A stretch of 63,047 nucleotides of DNA, counting the filler, from Reclinomonas americana ATCC 50394 (taxonomy: Eukaryota): assembly GCA_048213135.1 (NCBI GenBank). It is 7 parts of 6 records of this genome, joined end to end, with 100 filler letters (N's around TTAATTAATTAA, not from the genome) between each part and the next. Parts side by side here need not be neighbours in the genome. Positions count along the whole stretch, not along the records: positions 48,890 to 59,182 come from PS015778.1; positions 59,283 to 61,223 come from AFZH01015534.1; positions 61,324 to 63,047 come from PS015782.1; 4 more parts are not named here. One strand, 5' to 3'. The notes beneath the pieces were generated by a model that saw nothing but the letters and a program-made list of their open reading frames with translations, did not search any database and was not told the origin of the DNA. A program made the translations under genes and the position numbers. Positions 54,304 to 63,047 of this stretch are shown one piece after another; the stretch's first letter is position 1, and every line of letters begins with the position of its first letter.

Positions 54304-56120
54304 ATGTGCGCCCTCCGCGCCAGCCCACCAAGCAGCTCCGTGCGCGTCAACGTGAAGCTCATGCTGCAATTCGCCGTCACGGACGTGCAACCGCACCGCG
54401 ACTCCGTGCGCAGCCTTCTCGACGCGATCCGCGCACACCTCACCGAGGGCCGACCCGGCGGCCTCGCCCTCGACCCATCGCGCCTCGTCTTTGAAGAGAC
54501 ACACATGTGTCCCAACGGTGGCATCGAGTGGACGCCTGTGCACCCCGACGACCACCGCCCTCTGCACAGTCACAACGCCGCGCTGTTCATTGACCTGCAC
54601 GAGGTGCCTCTCGACAGCTGCTCAGCGCTGACGACGGCACACGATGCGGCCGAGCAGCATCGTCGCCTGCTTGCTGTGCGCGGGGAGACCATGCGGCCGA
54701 ACTCGTGTCCATCGCCCATGCCTTCACCGCAAGAGACGAAACACAATGAGCCTGCCGCCGCTTCTCCGTTTCCCGACGAGTCTCCTGCGCCCTCGGCTCC
54801 CACGGTCATTGTAGGCGCAGGAGGAGGAGGCGCAGGAGGAGGAGGGCGCAGAAAGTTTCGTTGTCAGGGGCGGGAAGGCGACAGCGAGGGGGACGCGCAT
54901 CGTGACTGTCAATTTGTTGTTCCGTGTGTTTGTCTGAGCAGGAGTCTGCCGTCTGGAGGCGCACCATCACTGGCACCCTCAGAGTACATGCATTCAAGGT
55001 CTGTGTGTGTGTGCGTGCGCACGTGTGTGTGCCTCTCATCGCTGCCTCACNNNNNNNNNNNNNNNNNNNNNNNNNNNNNNNNNNNNNNNNNNNNNNNNNN
55101 NNNNNNNNNNNNNNNNNNNNNNNNNNNNNNNNNNNNNNNNNNNNNNNNNNNNNNNNNNNNNNNNNNNNNNNNNNNNNNNNNNNNNNNNNNNNNNNNNNNN
55201 NNNNNNNNNNNNNNNNNNNNNNNNNNNNNNNNNNNNNNNNNNNNNNNNNNNNNNNNNNNNNNNNNNNNNNNNNNNNNNNNNNNNNNNNNNNNNNNNNNNN
55301 NNNNNNNNNNNNNNNNNNNNNNNNNNNNNNNNNNNNNNNNNNNNNNNNNNNNNNNNNNNNNNNNNNNNNNNNNNNNNNNNNNNNNNNNNNNNNNNNNNNN
55401 NNNNNNNNNNNNNNNNNNNNNNNNNNNNNNNNNNNNNNNNNNNNNNNNNNNNNNNNNNNNNNNNNNNNNNNNNNNNNNNNNNNNNNNNNNNNNNNNNNNN
55501 NNNNNNNNNNNNNNNNNNNNNNNNNNNNNNNNNNNNNNNNNNNNNNNNNNNNNNNNNNNNNNNNNNNNNNNNNNNNNNNNNNNNNNNNNNNNNNNNNNNN
55601 NNNNNNNNNNNNNNNNNNNNNNNNNNNNNNNNNNNNNNNNNNNNNNNNNNNNNNNNNNNNNNNNNNNNNNNNNNNNNNNGGCCAGACAGCGCGAGCCCCA
55701 GCGGACATAAACAAAAGTTGTCGCCCTCAACGCATTGTAGACGGAGTGGGCCGTACACTTCGCATCCATCCACGTCCGCACTGACGATCCCACTCCGTCG
55801 ACCACACGATGCAGCCGGATTCGTCACCTGCAGCGCATGGATCATCGATATCGGTATCCGAATGCCTCGCGATCGGCAACAGCACACCGCGCGCGCGGTC
55901 AGTCGACATGGCCTGCGAAGTCGCATCTGAACTGGTGGTGATCATCGTGGCCGATGCTGACATTGGCCGGTGGTATGGCGATGAGCTGCCGAACGGCGCT
56001 CCGGAATGGGCCGTTCCTGTAAATGTCGAGCTTCCCACCTATGAAGAGCTGATGCTCCGTGCAGAAGAAGAAGCAGATGCCTCCTCGTGTGGCGAAGAAG
56101 TGTATGACAACGACCCGTGA
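54304..56120 (+). CDS. Hypothetical protein or proteins interrupted by a gap
   Basis: Long coding-like frames at 54304-~54870 and 55809-56120; no family recognised. Confidence 0.35.
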
Positions 56121-56165
56121 GGTGTAACATGTGATTTCAACTTGCTTCTTCACCTCGCTGATTGA

Positions 56166-59059
56166 TCATTGCACTGCAGACACGACGAGCAGCGTGTGGT
56201 GGCCGAACTCGTCACCCACGTCGAAATCGACAAAGGGTTCGCGGCACAGCGGGCACTGAGCGCCACCGGAGCGCTGTCGGCCGAGTAGAAGCTGTGCGCA
56301 GCCTTGGCACAACAGTTGGTGACCGCATGGCTGCAGGCGTGTGTCGCGTAAACCGTCGCACATTTGGCAGGCGTGCCTGCAGGCGACGGTGGCCAGCGTG
56401 CGCGACTCGGCCGCTAGCTCATCGGCCGACGGACGGCGCTCCAATTCGTCACTCACGCAACTGCATCACCGAGCTCGTCAGCACAGCCCTCAAGACTGGT
56501 GGCCACCATCAATCGTGCACTCACCGCAGTGCCAGCCTGACGATGCGAGTGCACACTGGCGACGGCCACGTACGCCCCGCCTGGCCGTCGGCCAACTCGG
56601 CTGCCTTTGCTTCGAATGCATCCACCGCTGACGAATCACCAGTGCCCGCCTGATATTCGAGTCGTCCCAGAGTGGCCAGCTGTGCATGCACCTCGTCGAC
56701 CGGCAAACCCGAGTACAACTGCAGCAGGATGATGCCGAGCGAGAAAATGTCAGCACTCGGTCGCAGCTTGCCGAGAAGCGCTTGCCGATCTGCGTAGCCA
56801 GGATCGCCGGCAACCTGCACCGACATGTGGGTCTGCGTTGCAACGCGCAGTTGTTCAGTGGTGGCATCAGTGGCACACGATGTCACAGCGAAAGCGTACG
56901 TACCCCATCGGTGCGAAACAGTTGCGCGATGCCCAGATCGGCCACATGCACTTCTCCGGCGTCGTCGAAGAGAATGTTGGCGGGTTTGAGATCGCGGTGA
57001 ATGACTGTCAACACGTATCGTTATGCACCGCACGAGAAGATTCATGCTTTGCAGAAACTCACCGTTCTAAGCAGCAAAAGTCACGAGAGTGGGACTCGGG
57101 TTAGCACCACTGGTGTCTGTCTCACTGCACAAAGTAACATGAAGAAAACATACCATTCTGCGCACACTGCGTCAGCATCTCACGAGTGACACACTGCGCG
57201 GTGAACGCCGTACGCAACTTGTGCAAGTTGGCGACCACTTCCGCACACCGAGCGAAGCAGTGCGTGCGGTCTTCGATTGCCATTGGCCGCAGATGGTGCC
57301 TCTGGTTCTCCAGCAGTCGATGTTGCAGATTGTGCTCGCTGCAGACAAAAGTTGAGCGCACAGTGAGCGTGTTGCAGACAACAAATGCGCTGGCGGCTTC
57401 ACCTCATGCGCTCGAGCACCAGGCATCGCTGACCGGCATCCGACTCCGAGAACCCAATCAGTCGAACAATACCCGGCATGGCGGCCGCCTGCAAAACGTC
57501 CAACTGGGCAGCCGTGCAGGGATCAGTCTCACACAACGTGGCACAGGAGATCCGACAGTGACCTACCTCGCTGGTGAACGAATTGATGTGACGCGCAGCG
57601 GCACCGTCAAACACCTTGACGGCCACCAGCTGCTTGCCGAGACTACCCGCGTACACTATGGCCTGACCTCCTCGACCGATGCGCTGTGCAAAGCCGTCCG
57701 TCATGGCAACAATTTCGTCCCACGAAAACGGTCTCGGCACATCTTTGTTGCGGTGCCACGGATGAGCTATGAGTGGGCGAGTGCTGCTCAAATGAAAGAG
57801 GCAAATACACACCACGTCGATTTCCGTCGACGCCTCCTCTTTGTACACGGTCGAGTTCGGCAGCCAGCAACGCTGCACGCTGGCGATACTCGTCCATCTG
57901 CGCCACTTCCAAACGCAACAACCGCTGCTGCTCCTGCATGTCAGCGACGACGGCGTCGCGCGCTGCCAGGTGGCCTCGCAGCTGTTCGATCTCGGCCTCG
58001 CGCTGCAGCTGATGCTCATGCCATCTCCTCATGGCCGCCTGCTGCTGCTCCTGGTACCCTCGATGCAATGCAGCGATCTCAGCGTCGTGCTGCAGCGCAC
58101 GAACTCTCACGGCGGCACGCTGCTCCTCCAGCTCACGCTGCAGGCGTGCTACCGCGTCTTCCAACTCGCGCACACGACTCGCCTGTCCTTTTTCCTGAGC
58201 CGGGGACGCACGCATGAGGAAGACGCGACGGCTTCAACACGACGAGCAGAGTCGTCAACAATAACGAACCTGTCTCCGTGGCAGCGGCAGAGGTGGCGCC
58301 TGCGGTGCATCTCGACGTACTGTGTGGCAAGTCAGTCGCCGAGAAAAAGAGGAGGGCGGTAAAGAAAAAACTGCAGCTCACCATCATCCGCCCCCGCTTG
58401 CAGCAACACGTCGATGATTCGCCCCCCTCCCAGACTGCGAGCCAAGTGCAGTGGTGTGCTGCCGAGATCATCCCGCATGCTCAACAACTCGGGTGCGCGC
58501 GCAGCCAGCAAGTGCACAACGCCCTCGTGACCGCGATGCACGGCCCAGTGCAACGCGTTACGACCCGGCTCGTCATTCAGCTCATTCGTGACTGCGCGCA
58601 CCATTTCCACTGGACACCGTCGCTCGTCGGCCAGCAGCCACTGCACTGAGTACCATTGACCGGCGTACGCCGCACGCATCAGTGGTGTCCACCCGTAGTC
58701 GTCGGCAAGCGCCACAAGTTGCGCGCCAACACCACTGTCGGCCCACAGGTAATCCAACATTGCAATGTGCCCGCAGGCGCCTGCGTGACTAAACACCGAT
58801 TCACCACTGTCGGACATCCCACGTCTGCTCAGCAGCACCTCGGCACCCTGCAAGTCCACCAGTTCGCGCAGTGCGCGCACATCGCCATCGGCCGCGAGAT
58901 CGATTACACTCTTGCTTCTCTCTCTCGGATTCTGGTGTTGGTGCTGCTGCGGCAGTCGCCGTCTCCGACGACGATTCTCACTGTGTGTGTGAAAGTGACA
59001 CGGGTGAGTCGCGCATGCACGAGAGCGTGGAGGAAAGGGAGAGCGCGAGGGCACCTCAT
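56166..59059 (-). CDS. Ankyrin repeats + coiled coil + IRAK/RLK-Pelle-like protein kinase + C-terminal RING finger
   Basis: Ankyrin motifs GWTPLMRAA, GRNALHWA, GSTPLHLA; kinase PFSWDEIVAMTDGFAQRIGRGGQAIVYAG, VAVK, VIHRDLKPANIL, ADLGIA, GDPGY, ADIFSLGIILLQL, RRPS; RING CQMC...PCGHQLLCQGC...CPLCR. Confidence 0.88.
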
Positions 59060-59182
59060 GATTGCTTGCCTGCGGAAAAATGATCAGTCATGGTATGGGA
59101 GGACATGACGACGTGACCAACCCTTCGAAGCTTCTATCTCTCCCTCTCTGCTGCGACGTGACCGAGCATGTTGCCCTTTTCC

Positions 59183-59282
59183 NNNNNNNNNNNNNNNNNN
59201 NNNNNNNNNNNNNNNNNNNNNNNNNNTTAATTAATTAANNNNNNNNNNNNNNNNNNNNNNNNNNNNNNNNNNNNNNNNNNNN
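59183..59282. other. Artificial scaffold spacer
   Basis: N44-TTAATTAATTAA-N44. Confidence 0.97.
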
Positions 59283-59596
59283 TCTCCCTCCTGCTCTCCC
59301 GCTGCGATCACGTGCCACGACGCTCCATCTCCCCTTTTCTCCACCAATTATGCCACCCCCCTCTACACAGCACGCACATGCATCATCATCACCACCAAAA
59401 CTCTGCGTTAAGTGGAGAAACGGGAAATTGTAGACAGTAGAATAACCGATTTTCGGGCATTGTGCGAGAGAAGACCAATCACTTGCTGGATTTTCCAGGA
59501 GTGGCAACCACGGCTGTGCACACACGCACACACATACACGCGTGAAGACGAGGGTAAGTGTGAGTGTGTGTGGGGGGTGTGCGCGCGGCCACATTC

Positions 59597-61100
59597 ATGG
59601 GCGGTGCCACATGCTCGCAGCCATACGGTGAGAGCGTGATGCATAACCGCAAAAACAAACAAACAAAAACAAGTATGATTACGGACGGCGATTTGCTCAC
59701 CTCCCCCCTCTTACCACCACAGGCACCTTTGCTGCAGATGGCGACAACCCACTAGTGCGTCGGAAGCGAAGTCGCACGTACTCGATGACATCGCAGCCGC
59801 CGGTTGAGGCAATCACAACCACAACAACAACAACAACCACACCAATTGTGACAACAGCAGCGGACTGCTCTCCTCCTCCCCCTTCACCACCTTTACCATC
59901 TGTGTCTCCCCCACTACGAAGTGCCAGTCGCCGTGTGCTGCCACAACAACAGGCACCGCCGGCGACGCTGCAACATGACAACTCGACGGGCTCGTTTTTC
60001 AATGGTTTTTTCCTCCTCCTGTCCACGCTTGTTCTTCTTTTCCGCCTGCGCGTGAACTGTCACTGGTCAAGCTCAATCGTCACGTCTCTCCTCTCTTTGC
60101 GTGTCTATGTGCCGCAGATTCAAGCAGTGTGATGGAACGGCAGAGTTCGAGGAGATCGCGTGACCGGAACAACACGTCGGTGACGCTGTTGGCGAGCGAC
60201 GAGTCCCTCTTGGTGGCCGCCGTGCAGCAGCAGCATCGGCGATGGAGCGATGTACCTCCACCGTCGTCGGGACTGGAGTTGCATCGCTCAGTGTCGCAGA
60301 GGAGTGGAATTCTCAATCGGCAGACGTCCTCCACCACGGGCGTGCAACTGCAGCAGCAGACGTCACCGGGTGTGATGATGCGGGAACGATCGAGGAGTAG
60401 CGTGGCGCAGAGTCTCGAATCCCCGACGCTGTCGGCATTGTTCAGATTGCAGTCGGTGGCGCGCTTTGGGGAGCTGGAGGAGTGCATACTGCAGCAGCAC
60501 CAGCAGCAGCTGCAGCAGTATCTCATGTCACCGGCGTCGTCGTCGCCGATGCAGACTCCAGGCTCCTCTCCGACACTAATGGCCACCACACCACCGCAAC
60601 AGCAGCAGCAGCAACATCGCACGCAGTCCCATCAGCACCACCAGCAATACCAGCAGCAATCGCAGTCGGCGCCGGTGTCGCGCTCCTCGTCGCACGTCAG
60701 CCTGCTGCAGGCCGCGGCGGCGTCGGCCGGTGGTGGCAGCTCGGCCAGTTTGACGGTGGCCTCGTCGCCACCGCTGAGCCGACCAACGACACCACCGTCG
60801 CCGCTGCTGATGGCCCCGCAACCGGATTTCCTGTTGCGCGCGCCACCACCGCCTCTGCGCAAGTACTCGACCAACGTGGTGGTGATCACGGTGCCACCGT
60901 CGCCCACGGCATCTGCGGTCACACCACAGCCAAAACCGCTGCCCTCACTCGGCTCACCACAACCGTTGCAACGTGCCTCGCGCAGTGACGGTGTACTGAT
61001 GCCACCTCCACGGAAACGTGGTGGTTCCATCGGTCCGGCTATTGTCGTGCAAGGCGAAGGTCTGCCGTCGTTCATGGACAGCTGCGACGACGAGCTGCAG
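59597..61100 (+). CDS. Disordered S/P/Q-rich protein, likely a 5' fragment, with a possibly acylated N-terminus (MGGATC)
   Basis: MGGATCSQPY|GTFAADG...; 348-aa low-complexity ORF; donor CAG|GTGCGG at 61101 shortly before the scaffold end. Confidence 0.5.
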
Positions 61101-61223
61101 GTGCGGTCAGCTGCATGTGCAGCACGAGGCGCGCACCTCCCAGTTCCACGTCTGCCGTCTGCCGTGGGCGACTGACGGTGGAGACAGGGGGAAGAAAAGC
61201 GAAAAATGAAATGAATCGTAATC

Positions 61224-61323
61224 NNNNNNNNNNNNNNNNNNNNNNNNNNNNNNNNNNNNNNNNNNNNTTAATTAATTAANNNNNNNNNNNNNNNNNNNNN
61301 NNNNNNNNNNNNNNNNNNNNNNN
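61224..61323. other. Artificial scaffold spacer
   Basis: N44-TTAATTAATTAA-N44. Confidence 0.97.
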
Positions 61324-61325
61324 TC

Positions 61326-63047
61326 ACCATGGGCGGACCGCTGAACGTCACGGGTGTGACGACCATGACTGGAGCACTGACGGGCAACGGAGGTGCCGTG
61401 TTCGACGGCAATGTGCAGCTGCAGGCCGGCCGCACGCTGACTGTTGTCTCCGGCGCCACGTCACTCGGCGGCACGCTGAGTGTGACTGGTGCGACGACCT
61501 TGACGAGCTCGCTCTCTATCGGCGGCACCACCATCCACACTGGCAACACTTCTGTGGTCGGCACGTTTACCGTCGGGACGGCTGCGACGGCGCTCGGCGG
61601 CACGCTGGCTGTCACTGGTACGACTGCGCTTACTGGTCAACTGACTGCGAGTGGCGGTGCGAACTTTACCGGTGGCCCCGTGTTTGTGCTCGGCACCAAC
61701 ACGTTTACCGTTAGCGGTGGCCTCACCACCCTTGGCGCCGGTCTGACCGTCACTGGGCCGACAAACATTACGGGCGCCACGAGTGTCACTGGTGCCACGC
61801 GCTTTGACGGCAATGTGACTGTGCCCGACGGCAACAACGTGACAATCGGCAACGGAGTGGTGACCATGAATGGATCGCTGACGGTCATCGGCAACGCGAG
61901 CTTCGCCACTGCCTCGTTCACGACCAGCTTGTCGATTACGGGCGGTTCGTCGCTCACCGTCACCACCGGTCCCACCTCTCTGGGTGGCACTCTGGCTGTC
62001 ACTGGTGTTTCCACGTTTGCCGGCGCCGTGAACGTGAACAACACACTGGCTGTGACTGGCAACACCACCGTCGGTGGCACGCTCGGTGTCACGGGTGCGA
62101 CGACCCTGTCGTCCACGCTGACTACCGGCGGCAACACCACCATTGGTGGCACTCTCACGGTGAACGGCGTGTCGTTCACGTTGACCACTGGCTCAGCCAC
62201 GATAGGCGGCACACTGACCACCACTGGTGCGACTGCATTGAACAACACTCTGGCAGTGACTGGTTTGACTACTCTCAACGGTGGCCTCTCTGTCTCCGGC
62301 ACCAACACTGTGACGGTCGGCACTGGTGCCGTGTCACTCGGTGGTGCTCTCTCGGTAACTGGCGTCTCCAAACTGAATGCCGGCTTCACGGCATCTGGCG
62401 GACCTGTGGAAATCGGCAGTGCCATGACTGTCACTGGCGCGAACACTGTGACTGTCGGCACCGGTGCCGTCACGCTGGGAGGCGCACTGACGGTGGCAGG
62501 TCTCACCACCCTCAACGGGAATGTGTCGACCGCCGGCTTGACCGTCAACGGTCCCTTCAAGGTGAATGACGGTTTCACGCTGACCATGGGTAACGGTGCC
62601 AGCACGTTTGCTGGCTCGGTGGGCGTCACTGGTGTGACGACGCTCACTGGAGCTCTCAGTGCCAACGGCGGCGCTGTTGTCACTGGCGGTGCGCTGTCCG
62701 TGGCTGGCTCCAACGCCTTGAATGTCTCTGGCGCCACCAATGTCACTGGCGCTCTGAGTGTTGGCGGCATTAGCACTCTGGCCGGTGCCGTGTCGGTGAC
62801 TGGAGCCGCGCTCTCAGTCACTGCCGGTACAACGTCATTGGGTGGCACTCTGGCCGTGACTGGAGTGACCACGCTCACTGGCGCCCTCACCGCCAATGCA
62901 GCAGCCACCTTTAATGCGCCAGTGAGTGTCGCAGGCACGTCGGCGTTTGCTGTCAACACGGGTGCCACGACCCTCGGCGGCACGCTGGCGGTGACTGCAG
63001 GCACGACGCTGTCGAGCACACTGGGTGTGACCGGTCCGGCGACATTC
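61326..63047 (+). CDS. Intronless G/T/V/L/A/S-rich hexapeptide-repeat protein (beta-helix/fibre-like), open at both ends
   Basis: 574 stop-free codons on the + strand, absent from the ORF track: GATSLGGTLSVTGATTLTSSLSIGG, GPTSLGGTLAVTGVSTFAG, GNTTVGGTLGVTGATTLSSTLTTGG. Confidence 0.8.

Noticed and set aside
61637..63019. 460-aa minus-strand V/P/T-rich ORF
   Set aside because: It is the antisense shadow of the plus-strand G/T-rich repeat frame.

Overview
Intron-rich, GC-rich eukaryotic (protist-like) DNA with very short intergenic regions; the lineage cannot be determined from this window alone. The window is seven separate scaffolds joined by artificial 100-nt spacers (N44-TTAATTAATTAA-N44), with further N gaps inside scaffolds. 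I hand-spliced about 28 genes or gene fragments, whose GT-AG introns are mostly 55-90 nt. They include a BAR-like protein, a DUF3253-WD40 fusion, a Ufd2/UBE4 U-box ligase, an F-box/LRR protein, an isoorotate-decarboxylase-like amidohydrolase, a SAYSvFN protein, a DHHC palmitoyltransferase, uridine kinase, a giant STRA6-like membrane protein, PIG-T, the PPP1R21 N-terminus, HemW/RSAD1, a mitochondrial carrier, CISD3, an Mss116-like DEAD-box helicase, a histidine phosphatase, an ankyrin-kinase-RING protein and an intronless beta-helix-like repeat protein. The strongest signal is in the splice sites. About 40 introns (hand count) across most genes begin with a 5' splice site shifted by one nucleotide, mostly GTTGCGT instead of GTGCGT, and almost always where the exon does not end in G. 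Conserved protein motifs fix these boundaries. Microexons of 4, 4, 7, 10 and 13 nt are also needed to rebuild conserved motifs. All gene models are manual and have no transcript support. No RNA genes, CRISPR arrays or transposons were recognised.
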